Shown here in pieces: positions 12,148 to 25,499 of a DNA stretch of 37,127 nt. The notes beneath the pieces were generated by a model. It did no database searches and was not told where the DNA came from. It worked only from the letters and a program-made list of their open reading frames with translations. Origin of the DNA: Trichosphaerium sp. ATCC 40318 (taxonomy: Eukaryota; Protista; Tubulinea); contig JALMLS010000177.1 in the NCBI GenBank assembly GCA_038496445.1, positions 1-37,127 on the forward strand, in the 5' to 3' direction. Positions within the stretch are counted from its first letter, which is position 1; every line of letters begins with the position of its first letter. The translations under genes and the position numbers were made by a program.

Positions 12148-13893
12148 GGTCAATGTGGACTGTGTGGTATTCGATTTTTTACAAGTGCTCAATGAGGTAC
12201 TAAAGCAAATTTATGATTTTATTTTTTCTGTCACTTATGACTGTTGTGGATTCCTACGATAGTTTCTACTGACTGATTACATTTAGTTCTAAACTAAGTA
12301 AGGATATGATGAGAATGCATTGGCTCTTCACTGCTGTTATGTACTCTAAAACAGCTTGGCTTCTTAGTGCTTCAGTAATGAGCTTTTTTGGGCATTACAT
12401 TTGTTGTTGACGTTGAAATTTTAGATACACTATTATTTTCTGGAGATTTATGGTTCTGCGTATGGCTGGGATTTTTTAAACGTTCTTCTACTGATGTACG
12501 CACTGAAAATTCTTTGGCATTTTGAGTTTCTTGCCTTTTTTTTGTCATCAATGGGTACACTGAGTGTACAGCCTTGATGGGATTTTTGACTCATAGATAT
12601 TTATGTATTGTAGGATTCATGAAATATTTTTCTTCTCGCTAGTTGTTCTATTGGCTTGCGGATGGACTTACTTGAAAAAAATGGGGTTACGCGAGAAAGT
12701 AAATGTCATTTTGGTAAGAAAAAAATAAGAAAACAATGTGTCAAACTTTGACAGATTTCATTGAACATGTTTTGGTTTTAACTTTTTTCTAATAGGTGAT
12801 AATAATGAGGGTCCTTACGGTCATTGTACAAACTGCTGGAAGTGGGGGAAGACATAGCACGATGTGGTGGATTGTAGTGGTACCATATTTTTGTGGATGA
12901 TACGCCATTAACATAACAATCTTCTGACGTTTTTCTTCTCTTAGGGAAGTCTTTTTCAAGTTTTTGATTTTTTCAGCTGCATGCTCATTAAAGGCCCTTT
13001 TTATTGGTCTTTTACTATTGCACACAAGACAAAAACACCTACTAGTAGAGGTATGATAAAAAAGATTTTTTCATATTGCTTGTTTACCGTAAATTCTAGG
13101 GACATTAGCTCCTTTTACAATAGTAAAGAATATGTTTATTATTGTTACTTTTTGGGTTACGTTCACTCGTATTATCCCTTTTTTCTTTGATGTCTTTTCT
13201 CCCTTCAATTACTTGTGGGTATCAGATATATTCAAAGAGTTAGGAACTCTTTTTTATTGTATATACGTTGGGTACGACAGGTGGTTCTTTTTTTTTTTTT
13301 CTCGGACATGTACAGACTTGAACCTTATTTTCTTCCTCCTGTCTTCTGATTTCCATTGAGTTGTTTTGTTTATGTTCTCAATGATTTTTGTAGGTGGCTA
13401 TTCCATCCAAGGAAAGAACTTACAAATTTCAAGATGAGCGATTCCACTGGGTTTATTCGGCGGAGACAATAAATTGCTTTTCTCGAGGCAAAAACTGTAC
13501 AAAAAAAAAAAAGAGTTTCTTTGTCAAACTACACTATCAATAAATTATTGATAACCACGTAAACACTCAATACTATGTTTACGTAAATGTCCCGGGTCTT
13601 GTGCTGCATATGTTGTGCACTCATCAATAAACTGTCATTGAAAAGCTGTTGTTTATCCAAAACTCGTTCGACTACCTAAGAAGTTTGAAACCAGCAAGTC
13701 GAATTGACCCGATGTGATTTACTTATTCCCGTGAATTACATCAATTCAATAGGTACGCAAACCGAGTACTTAATCTCGTCTTTAGTCTTCTAGTACAGAT
13801 TTAAAGGTTATTCGTTCGTTGCAAATAATTCTCAAGAACCCACAGTAGACAACAATAATTGCAAAGTATTCACTTAACGATTTACTACCTCAT
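12148..13893 (-). other. Probable intron-containing gene or gene remnant of unknown function; its right-hand part is the sequence copied into the inverted repeat
   Basis: Splice-flanked exon-like segments VVERVLDKQQLFNDSLLMSAQHMQHKTRDIY, FASRKAIYCLRRINPVESLILKF, KRPIKRAFNEHAAEKIKNLKK, and hydrophilic ORF 12372..12560- in the spacer; no full model could be built. Confidence 0.35.
12621..13893 (-). repeat. Long inverted repeat, right arm (1273 bp); 473-bp unique spacer at 12148-12620
   Basis: Begins gaaatatttttcttctcgc, ends tttactacctcat, mirroring the left arm. Confidence 0.97.
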
Positions 13894-13991
13894 ACTGAAT
13901 TTCATTTATATAAAACTAGTTCCTGAGAAGGAAGCTCTGGCATACTTTAACTTTTTACGGACTGATACGTCTCACTTACGCTTGGAAAGCA

Positions 13992-15282
13992 ATGTCAACA
14001 CAAAACGTACGTGTTTATACACTTAACACTCGCTCACGCATGTAAATAGCCTAGTACCGATGAATCCGAGTATTGCGCCTTGATACGCCTTCCGCTTGAA
14101 ATACAACTCGATATTGCCGATTGCGACTTCGAGGTCTATCTAAAGTGGCCGTTGTTGTCCAAACGTACAGCAACAACCACCCGTTTCGATGAGGAGCTAC
14201 AAAAACACGGCAAATGGCAGAAAAAACCGAAATCAGTGCAACAACACTGGCAGCATGGTAAACGTACCGGAGTGTTCAAAAAATGGAGTAGGATGGGCAA
14301 ATTGCAAGTGCAGTGTAATTACCTCGACGGTGAGTTAGACGGAGAGCACAAGTCGTTCTATAGCAACGGTCGCTTGCAAGAGCAATGGTTTTATGTCAAA
14401 GGTAAAAAGGACGGCGAACATACGCTTTTTGAGAGGAATGGAAAACTATGGGAGCAATCCTCCTTTTCAAATGATAAACTACACGGGAAACACACTTTTT
14501 ACGCAAGAGGTAAACGTGTAAAAGAGCATAGTTATGTCAACGGAAAGAAAGAAGGAACTGTAAGGGAGTGGTATGAAAATGGTCAGATGTCTCAAGAGTC
14601 CAACTATGTAAGCAACGAATTACATGGTGAGTTCAAGGAATGGCATGCAAACGGTACTCTGGGTCGTGTTGAATTGTATTCCAACAACTTACTTGATGGG
14701 GAGAGCAAGCAGTGGTATGAAAATGGCGCTTTAAGGCTTCATAGTAAATATGTCAATGGCATGCTTGATGGCGAGAGCAAGACATGGTATAAAAACGGTG
14801 ACCAGTTGAGCTATGTTAAACATATTGACAAGAAGTTAATCGAGGACAAAACATGGCATGATAACGGTCAGTTGTATCTTCACTATGTTGCTAGAGATGA
14901 AGTAGAAGGAGATTGTAAGCTCTGGCATAAGAACGGTCAGCTATCTTCACAAAGTGCTTATGCCAACGATGAACTTGAAGGTGAGTACCAAGAGTGGCAT
15001 TCTAATGGACAGATAGCTGCATTCTATAATTACAAAAATGGTAAATTTGATGGTGAGGCGAGACAGTGGCATGCTAATGGTCAGTTGTCATTACATTGCT
15101 ATTATGCGAATGACAGAAGGCATGGAGATTACAAGGAGTTCTCTGCAAACGGCGATATGATACGGGAGCACAAATTTGATAGCACGTGTTTGGATCTAGC
15201 CATGGAGTTCGAACCAGTATCTATTTGGCCAAATTATTGTCACAGCCCTATAAACCAGCCTAAAAAGACATTGGGTCAATAA
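13992..15282 (+). CDS. F-box-like N-terminus + MORN-variant (MORN_2/YwqK-like) repeat protein
   Basis: ATG 13992 (MSTQN), 43-nt intron 14007-14049, then one long exon; LPLEIQLDI motif followed by ~12 repeats of G..keWy.NGql.....Y.ng.l. Confidence 0.85.
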
Positions 15283-15547
15283 ATCATGTTTAATAAACTG
15301 TTACGTTCAGTACTACGCCTTGCACTAAGTGTAATAAACCCTGCAATGATCAAGCTACGCTTGTTAATGTTACAAAAAGGTTAGTCTACTCGCATAATCG
15401 CTAAAAACAAGATATGCACTTTGGAGTCTCTTCACACGTCCTCTTATAAGTATTCAATGAATCCAATCCTCGATACTTCTCGTCAACGTATCCTTACACT
15501 AGAGTTACATGCAGCTTTGTTCAAGGAAACTGGTCAGTTGTTGCGAG

Positions 15548-16620
15548 TAGAGGTGGCAAATACCGGTCCGATACCGGTCCGGTTTCAATATATTGGTTTT
15601 CGGTCCGTAACCGGTCCGTGATTTAGAACAAGAGCAGTATTCATTCAGTGAACATAAGAGTTGTTGGCTTCTTTTTGAACCACTGACTTTATTTTGAATA
15701 AAAGTAAGTAGCCTGAAACGCCTTAAAATTGAGAGTTCTACACATAGAGTGGTTGAAGGCCCTCAATCAGCCCGTTTTAACAAAATTACTGTTTAGCGGT
15801 AAAAAAAGGTAACCGCTACTTTTTTTGTCAAAATGTGCCTGTGGTGACGTTATTTTGACATTTGAAAATCACGTGCTGTTAGCTACTTTCTACACTTTCA
15901 CCCGAACATCTTTTTATCACTTTGTGCGCGTAGAGCAATATATCAAGTGCATTACTTACGCGAAATAATAGTATCTAAACTATTTTAGGTGTATTAGATG
16001 AAAAGGCTTTTGTGTGAACAACAGAGAGAACAGGACTGGTTTGGAGGAAGACTAACGTCTCGGTGGCTCTAACGCAACACACGAGTAAGTGTTTATCTCT
16101 TGAACATACATTTACAAGTGGTATTTATGCAGGAAAAAGGATCCTCAAATTTGTTTTTCAAATAAATTCAGTTTTAGTATCAAAAAGTTTCGCCTTTGAT
16201 TGGGCGGGGAAGGGGGTGATCGTTGCTTGCCATCAATGTTTCTGTGCTTGTCATGCTATGATAATCCTTAAATTTGGTTGGTCAGCAAAGTTCCTCAAAC
16301 GCCTGGAATTCTATGGAATATACAGACATGAAAAAAAAAAAGTGGTGATATTCAAACCTGCCACAAAAAGTGTACAGCCACCTTATGTGCATGCACACAG
16401 TGAGTAGGTCAATAGATGGAGGTTCTGAGATTTTGTGACAGGGACCGTTTGGACCGATAAAAATCCAAGGGAGTACCCTTTGACAAAAGTCCCTTTTTCG
16501 GCTATTTTTCCGATTTTCCAAGGGTACTCCCTTTGACAGCGGACCGTTTGGACCGTTTACGGACCGGGCTTTTGCGTTTCGGTCCGGAACCGGTTCGGAC
16601 CGGTATTTCTGCCATCTCTA
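15548..16620. mobile_element. Non-autonomous hAT-superfamily DNA transposon (1073 bp)
   Basis: Perfect 8-bp TSD GTTGCGAG (15540-15547, 16621-16628); TIRs TAGAGGTGGCAAATACCGGTCCG / CGGACCGGTATTTCTGCCATCTCTA; clustered subterminal CGGTCC/GGACCG motifs; no recognisable transposase. Confidence 0.9.
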
Positions 16621-16799
16621 GTTGCGAGTTTAAGCCACAAATGTTAAGCAGATAATTGAGCAAGGTCGTAGCTCACTGGTTAGGCAAGCTATCCATTCTC
16701 CGTTTTCATAAAAACAATTTTTGCTTTAACTAAGACAATGTGCTGCTTACCCTTCACATATCTTTAGATAACAAAAATCTTTTCGTATCAGTAACCCTC

Positions 16800-19700
16800 A
16801 TGAGTAGTAGGGAGTACAAAAAAAAAGGAACTGGAGGTACGTATTGTATTTAATACATCATTCAGAACGGTTTAGAAACTGCTCGGTCTACTGTAAAAAA
16901 ACGTGACCCACGTGTTGTAAAACAAAAAAAGGGCCAAGGTAAATCGTTGTTCTTGTAAAACAAGATAGTGAATACTCACCGACGCTTAGAAGCTCGAAAG
17001 TCAGTACAAAATAACGTGGTTATCAAATCAAGCGTATGTGTTAACCTAACAGATACGAGATTATCTAGAGTGTTTAAACTCAAGGCGAATCGAATGATGT
17101 CTTTTCGAGCATGTGACTTCCAAATTGAGGAACAGTAAGTCTATCTTTACTTTTTATTCTCAATTTAATTTGATAGAGAACAAATCAAAGGGGTGTCATT
17201 TCTATGCACGGTATATTAGGCTTTTGGATTGTTTTGAATAAAAACAGCCTCTTTAGGCGCGATCTAAGAACAACGCAGTGCATACCAGGTTGATTAAACT
17301 GAAGAAACTGCCCAAACATTTAGAACTTACCTGTGCTTTCAAAATTGACCGCGTAGACACTTCTGCATTTGAGTAAGTTAATTGTTTGAATACTTATCGA
17401 TGATGTTGTTTTTTAAGCTGGAAACCGCTTGAAATTAAGTACTCAGTTGCTATTACTATCATCAAAGGAGAACTGATACTCTCTGGTTTTAAGAAAGATA
17501 TTTCTCACTGCAGACAATATTTGGAAGCAAATATGGTTACAACGTCAATCAAAGCACGTGTTAACTTTTATCAAGATACTGACTTACTTTCTTATGTAAG
17601 ATTCATATTTTGCTACAAGGTGAAAGAATATTGTCGCTCAAGAATGCAATAAAACAGATAATACAACAAAACAAAGGTATTTAGTAAACATCTCATTCTT
17701 TACAAAGCAATGCTAGTTGCTTGGAAATTAAAGAAGACAAAACTGTTTCTTGTTGGACTTAGGGTTGGTGTCGCAGCAGCAACGAACAGTATCGAGAAAT
17801 ACTTAGATTCAAGGATTACAAGAGCGATAATAACACCAAACCAACATGAACTTGAAGTTGCTTGTTATTTTCATAGTACGTTTTTTGTGGGCACATGATT
17901 CTGTTTTTTTTACAAGTTTGTTAGAATTTATCATTTCAAAGTTTAATGTACACGTGACTATAAATAAGACCATAATGATAGAAGGTAACCCATACGATTT
18001 ACTTACTTTTTTGTTCAGCGATACTGATTTTGTCTAGGGTTTTCTTCTCAGGAGGTGGATTCAGCTGTCAAACATTATAAAAAAAGAATGTCACAAATTA
18101 GAAAAGTACTCCTTTTCAATGGATATTGTTTTTTTGCTTACTATGTCTGTAGTATGACTATCCTCCTTACAAAGTTAAGTTTGTAAAGAAATATCTTAAG
18201 GGTGTTGATATTATAAGATATGGTAGTGATTATCTAGTTCTTCATGGCACTAAAAAAGACATACAACAAAAAAAAAAGAAGATTGATGAGTTCTCCAAAA
18301 ACACCACGCTCAGGACACTTGACATAAAAATACGGAATGACCTACACAACAAACTCATCTTAAAGGTATGGAATTTGTAATTGCTAGCGTATTAAAGAAA
18401 TTGCTTACCAGGAGCTTAAACGTGTAAAAAAGCACGTGTTAGCACGTGCTGAAGCTGTAATCATTAGAAAATCTTTGACCAAAGGTACGCAGCAAACAAC
18501 GTTTACAATCACACTAATATTGTCAACAAGATACATGGCATGTAGAAGTAATAGGCAATGTAGTTCTTGTTTCCTCGCTTGTTATACAGGATTACTCCTT
18601 TCGCTCACAACAAGTCCCTCTTACACGGAATCAGTCTTTCGAGATGTGGTGTCTAATGAAAGATAGGAAAATATTAAATAAGAACAGCCCTGATTTCTCA
18701 CAAGTAAACCTTGCTCTGGAGAGTAAAGGCTTAACAATAACTGGTCTAGGCAAAGCAGTTGGTATGCAAGCGTATTTATTTATAGCTTGGTTCACTTAAT
18801 TGCCCAATAGATAACACAGTGGAAGTAGTAAAGAAACTAACATCTGTTAAAACTAGCAAGCGTTCTCTTTTATCAACAGAAGCTTTCTTAGTGAAGGTTT
18901 CTCAAGCATCTCTTGAGAAGATTGCTATAGAATATTGTGTACATGTATCTTTTTTCCTTGAAACACGTGCGACTACTAATTAATTAACTCACATGTTACA
19001 CGTTAATGATTGAGTTAGAACCATTTCGCATAACAATAACAGGCTTATCACAAGGCATCAAGCGGCTTAATAGAGAGCTCAACACTATTTTAAAATCAAG
19101 GGATATTCTTGAGCAGCATATAAAAGTCACAGAAGGAACTGCTGAACTTTTTCAAAAGAATAAAGGTATTAGAACAAATTAATTAATGCTGTTAATGCAT
19201 ATTCACTTTGTTTTGCAGATTTTAAGAAGCTATGGGAAGGATATAAAGTATTAACATTTGTGACACCTGCTTTGGACACTGTCAGATCGAACTTAGAACC
19301 GAATAAATTGCTGTTTAAAGTATACCGTGGTGATATTTTTGATGAACAAACAGATTGCAAAATAATAGCATCTGGTACTTTATCACAAACAAAAGTTTAA
19401 TAATAACTGCGTATAGGAAGCACTGCACATGAGGATTTGAAAGGATACATTGACTTGGGCTTGGAAACATGTAAAATAAGTGAAGGAGCTCTATTGGTAA
19501 AAGGAGTTCTCGGATATGATGCACGTACAGTCTGTGGAGTAGAAGTGAATGACAACGCATAGGTTATCGTCATCGACATTCCAAACACCATTGAAGCTTT
19601 TCAACAAATGTTCCACAGCCTCCTGAGGTACTTGTTGCTACACTTCTTCAAAGATATTAATTTCCAATACAGGGAAGCTTGTAGTAAGTATTACTCTTTG

Positions 19701-21099
19701 TCTATACTTGCTCTTGGTGCTGGCAAAGGAGGTTTCCATGATGTGACATGTTGCGATGTTATTGTTCGTGTTTGTACTTTCTTCTTGCTTAGCAACAAGT
19801 TTGATATAATTCACCTTGTTGATACAAACCAGAAGGCAGTATCAGCGTTTAAAAAAGCCGTTCAAAAGCATTCAGTAGTACCTTTTCCAATGCAGTGGAA
19901 ATGGGAAGACAACAATGGTCTATATACAAACTATGATGAACCTCTAAACAGCAATATTCAACATCACTTTAAATTGTAAGTGTTTCTTTATATTTTTCTT
20001 ATCTCAGACTGACTATCATAGAATGAAACTAGGTATGTATCCAAGTACCTTTAAATTCTCCTTGCCTGGTGCCACAAACAAGTTCACGTATCATATCAAC
20101 TTTACCAAGATGATACAATGTAACACAACTACAAACAAGCACCGTACTGTAGTGTTTGAATACAAAGATAACAAAGCCAGTTTTCGCTTCAAACGCCATG
20201 AAGAACCAAACCAAGAATTGGTCAGAGTAACGTTGGTTGGTAACATTGATAATGTCAAAGCAGCTGAAATGGACGTTAATGCACTAAAAGAAAGGTATAA
20301 ATCAACCTCATTGCATGTTAAATCAAGCACGACAGCACATATGTTTCCTCACCATTGGAGTAATTTGTCTTTGAGCCTTGTTGAATTGAATAGGTATTGT
20401 GCTCATCATAGTATGAAAGAACTTACTGTATTTAGGCACTCTTATGAGTATCAGAACCTAATGAAAATGATGCATGGTTGCAGTGTTTCAAGTATTCAAA
20501 GGGTACAAAACAAGTATCTTTGGAAAAGATTCAAAAACCAATGTGATTTGGTTTCTGAGAAAAATGGAGGAGATGCAAATGTCAAACGACTATTCCATGG
20601 TACAAGTAGTAACAATCCAAAAAGGATATTCCTAGGAGATGATGGATTTGATGTAAGGTACCTTCTTCTGTCACGTGCTTGAAACGTTTTGCTTAGTTCT
20701 AATATCAAAACACAGGGTAGCGAACAAGGGGCTCCTTGGGAAAGGAATTTACTTTGCAGAAAGAGCAGATTACTCACTTGGTAAGTTTACGCTGTTGTAA
20801 GCTATTTATCACATTAACCATATTTGTCGCTTAGACTATGTTGGACCTTCTATGCAAATGTTTATTGCTGATGGTAGGTTTTTTTTGAAGTTGTTATTGT
20901 TGTAACCTAAACACTTTATTTAGTTATTATTGGCGTTGCTGGTGACGGTTCAAAAGATCTTGTGCGACCTCCTTATAATAGTGCAATTAGTTCTAGATAT
21001 GACTCTTGTACCACTGGCTCACCAAAAGGGAGAATCTACGCTGTATTTGAGAATAGTAGAGCATATCCACACTACCTTGTTACGCTTAATAAAACATAA
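16800..21099 (+). CDS. PARP14-like mono-ADP-ribosyltransferase, paralog A copy 2 (apparently complete; start uncertain, extra exons may extend upstream across the hAT element)
   Basis: 3' part same as 1-2882; 5' exons (VIKSSVCVNLTD; TKLFLVGLRVGVAAATNSIEKYL) align with those of 29096-33252. Confidence 0.85.
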
Positions 21100-21245
21100 G
21101 AGAACAATGTAGTCAACTAGTATTTGTGTTATCTCTTTCCGCCTGTAAATACTAACCAAAGTGAACTTTCCTCATGACGAATGTTTGGATATTCAATGTA
21201 GCAATTAAGTCAAGCCATAGTTCATTTGTAATCGATTAGAGTAAA

Positions 21246-23490
21246 ATGTTGATACAACGCTCTTGTTTATTTTTTATTGGGATTGCTTTTGTATTGTCTG
21301 TAGAATGTACGTACAGCTACCAATTCCCTATACTATCAGCGCAATCTTTTTACGACAAGTTTCAGACACAAAACGTGACTTTTAAGGTCGGTACACTTAT
21401 TCAACAGCACACTGCGCTTACGTTATATTTTGACTTTTTCGTGTTGTATTACAAACTTACGATTTGTAGTTCGTATTGAATACGATCAATGTATAGACAC
21501 GTATGTTGATGAAGATGAACCTATGTTGTCGTTTGGCAATAGTACTGATCTGAGAGTGAGACTAGCCACTATATTTGGAGAGAGTATTGCGCTGCTCAAA
21601 TTTGATATCTTTGAAGATGAGGGTACAAATTCATTTTCTAGCGCTAGTCACGCTAATCACGTGATTTACCCGAAAAAAACCCAAAAAAATATTTAATAGC
21701 TGCAGGCGGCGTCATAAGAAGAAATGACACCATTGAAAGTGCCACATTGTATTTAAGTAGATTATCAGGCGATAATCAGATCACACTCAGTGCTGGTGAT
21801 GTCGCTTGGGATGAACAAACAACTTTTTCTTCTTGGAATGGACTGGCTGGCTTGGGGCCAGTCTCTAATGCCACTATCTCGAATAACACTTTAGAGATAA
21901 ACGTGACTTCATTTATAGACTACTGGAAAGCGAACAATAACCACGGATGGGTCGTTTATGATGAAACCACGAAGAGAAATATTCTTTTAGAGATAGAACT
22001 TGGCAGGTAACAATTTCTGCTTCTTTTTTACTCTAACGATATCCTTTATAGCTGTGATAGTCCTATAGAAACCGAAAGACCTTACCTGATAGTTGAAATA
22101 GCACCAAGACCAGTACAATCACCTTTAGGACCAGTGCAATCGCCTACAGCTAGAGCAACTATCAATTGCAAATATTATTTTGACGAAGGTATTGATGCTA
22201 TCTTCTTATTGCTTGTCTTATGTACTATTTATTAGCGTTCTCGAATGAAATTCGAGATTCTCTTTTCGTTTATAGTCACGTGTGCGCTCTTTGCACCTCT
22301 GATATTCCGTCATTAACCCAAGATGACAAACCATCGGAGGTTACAGTAGATAAAATACCTGTGTATTCACTAAGACTTGTTCGCCAAGATGCTACTTCAG
22401 GTACTTTACACTACACCACAATCTATGTTCTCTAGAGCATTATCATTTTCTTTAGTGTTATTTATCTCTAACATAATACTACGCTATTTTCCTGCAGTTT
22501 TGTTTACCACTAACTTGTTTGTTTCTCTGGGAAGTTGGTTTTTGTTTTCTTGTTCCAAGGATTAACAACAGAGCAAAGAGGAATATGTTAGATATGGAGT
22601 TCCGGTACAATTAGAGTACATAGTTCTGCTAAGCATGATAACAATTATTCAGCTTGAATTCTTTAAACGTTACGGTATCTCAGCCAGTAGAATTCACTGA
22701 TCAAATTTCAGATACTCTAGGTAACGATAATATCACCTTTTCACATTGTACCTAACTCTCATGTAAATCGTAGGTTGTGATAAAGCTGATTGCAGAAACA
22801 TCGCAAGTATTGTTATACCCGATGATGTGGAAATAGCATCGCCTGTTACTATTGTTACTAACATCATTATCGAAGGAAATTTTACTCTTTCAGAAACAGG
22901 TAAGCCAACATCTATCTGGATCACCACTCATCCATAAGGTATCACGACCCTTGATGCTGGTACAACTATAAACGTTACTGGTTGTGCAACAATAGCTGGA
23001 GACATAAACGTTAATGTTAGTACCGTTGAGACAAAGAAAGACCAACAACAAGTGGAAGTTCCACTTGTGAATACAAATTGTATTGAACTAGCACCCACGT
23101 ACTCTGTTGGGCTTACAGGAACTAATCCCCAGGTATGTACAAATCTTCGATGTTGTTAATATCACACGTGCTGAACGGTTTTGAGGATGGCGGTTGTGTT
23201 AATACAGTAGGACAAGGAAGAGCATCAGAATTCGGATTAAGTGTATTAGTATCACAACGCAGTGGGAGTTGTAACGCAGAAGATGAAGGAACAAGTGTAT
23301 TAATATGGCTGTTGCCTGTTGTTGCTTTTGCAGCGATACTACTTGTTATTGTAGTTGTAGTAATAACGGTCTACACAACGTACGTCTATATTTTTTGGAA
23401 TAACTTGTATACTAAAGAGAAGGTAGTCACTCTAAAGATAAGTTGTATGATAGAGAATTGGCAAAAGTAAATGCACGTGATAGAAACTAG
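21246..23490 (+). CDS. DNRLRE-domain type I membrane protein, copy 2
   Basis: Duplicate of 3029-5272. Confidence 0.75.
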
Positions 23491-23597
23491 TGTACCTACT
23501 GAGTGGTAGTAACAAAGACAAAAACACTAAAACGATTCTGCTTCAGATATAATTGTTTTGTTGGTGACAACAGAGTGTTTACCGTTAGATAATTGTT

Positions 23598-24873
23598 GTA
23601 TTTTTAAAAACAATCAAAGTTCACCAGAATACTTTGACTGGGACAGCAAGACAGCTGAAAGTTTTTTTTGAAGAATAAGCCAAGTACGTTTCAAGGTTGC
23701 ACGTGACTTGAGGTTGCTAGTAAACACCAGTTTTTTGAAAAAACCTGCATACATAGAGCAAGTGACTTACACATTATCAGTGAAATTGGTGTTTGTTATT
23801 TCAATGGATGTAGTAGCATTCGTTGCTTGACCAATAGAAAGCACAGGCTTAAAAAAATATAAGCACCAGATCAGTTAGTTGGTTGTGGTAAAAGAAACGA
23901 ATATCTCTTCTTGTACTTACGGATACACTATCAGTGTTCGCAAAATTACAGTCTCTTATAATAGTTGTACGTGTTCCTGATACTGTAGCTGGAGCGTGGT
24001 TCAAAGTGCAGCCAGTAAAATTACAAGAGGTGTATATAGCAGCTAAGGAATTGACGATTAGTTACAGTACTACTTGCCAAAAGGCTACCAAATTACTTAC
24101 CCTGAAACTAATAGTAATATGTCCTTAAAATTAGAGTTTGTAGCAGTTACAAACGCAATCTCCTTAAGTAAAAACGGTTAAGATTCTGAAATAAGAAAAA
24201 AAAAAGAAGAAGATTTTTTTGTCCCGACGCAAGGAAGTTATAACGTAGGTCTCAACTTCAAAACAATGAAACAAATATCTTTGAAAAGTAAACTTTTTGG
24301 GGCGAGTTAAGTTATTAACAGCATCAGGACAACCAGGTTTAAATGAATGTTTTTTCCAAATTTTTAAAGCCAAAGCTTTTTTTTGTCCAAGTGGATTACT
24401 GGTTTTTTTCTTTGTACCTAGTATCATTTATCATTTGTATTGTATCCATATACAATGATTCAACTAAATACAAGGAATATTAAGTTAAAATACAGGTTGC
24501 ATTCTATGTAGATGTACCCAACCCAATTTGGAAGTTTGATCCAAAAGTTGCTGACACCAAAGAAATGTTTGTAACGGCTGGTTTAATTTTAACTAATATA
24601 AAGTAAACACAATATACACACACGCCAGATTATGCTATTAACTTCACGCAATGATATAAACAGACTAATGAACAAACTCGGAAAAGCAAGACAAATTTAA
24701 GCTCTTTCAAGGATAAAATGAAAAAAAAAAAGAATGGCATACAAGAACCAAAGTTGCCACCTTCAACGTGAACATAACGAAGATCTTTCTGATTACAAAT
24801 ACTAAATGAGGCGAAATGTAACATGAAAATGCTAAGGTATGCTACAAAGCGTTAGCAAGTGTAAGAAGCATGA
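23598..24873 (-). CDS. Putative beta-helix secreted protein, copy 2 (approximate)
   Basis: Duplicate of 5380-6655. Confidence 0.45.
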
Positions 24874-25499
24874 TTTTTGATAAAAAGATTATTTTTTCAA
24901 CGTCATACGCTCGTATTAACCTTTGGGTTGTATTTAGAGCTTGTATATGCGTACCACACACAATAGTGATAGAATAAGACTAATTGCTTTGAAATGTATC
25001 ATAGCTAGTAGTTGCAAGCGCAAATGGTTGTATTAGATGCCGTAACGAGAAATGGTGATACGGAATAACGTTGAAAGTGCTTTTCTACTCTTTTCTTTTA
25101 CAGCCTTGCTTTAACCAATGGAGGCGTTCTCAACACGCGTGCTCATTTCTTAGCATATTTTCCGGTTTTGCTAGTTTTGAGTGCTTCCTGTTTTGTTTTA
25201 AAACCAAAAAGTGACTACATTATGTAGAGGTATCCAATGGTTCCCAATTTAAACATAGACAGTTTTTTCGTTTCCATAAATGTCAACAAGTTCTATAAAA
25301 TTATGTCATCACATGCTTTTTTTCACTGTTGCAAACCCATGGTTTGTTCTTTGTTAGTGCGATTCATCACACCACCATCTATAAAATTAGGTAAAATGTT
25401 AACAATTGGCTAAGAATATGTAAACAATCCTAAGAGTGCATTTTGTAAAAAAATGAGAATTGTTTTCTGAATATTAAGTAATCTACTTTACAACTGAAA

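Noticed and set aside
10877-13893. Foldback or Mutator-like transposon with 1.27-kb TIRs
   Set aside because: No convincing TSD, no internal subrepeats or transposase, the arms contain exon-like sequence, and the flanks do not reconstitute an empty site in copy 2. A rearrangement explains it better, though a TE is not fully excluded.
14050-15282. Bacterial YwqK antitoxin of a toxin-antitoxin pair
   Set aside because: Only the repeat type is shared; there is no adjacent toxin and the context is eukaryotic with a spliceosomal intron.
16063-16521. ORFs inside the hAT element as transposase remnants
   Set aside because: No BED finger, DDE or hAT dimerisation motifs recognisable.
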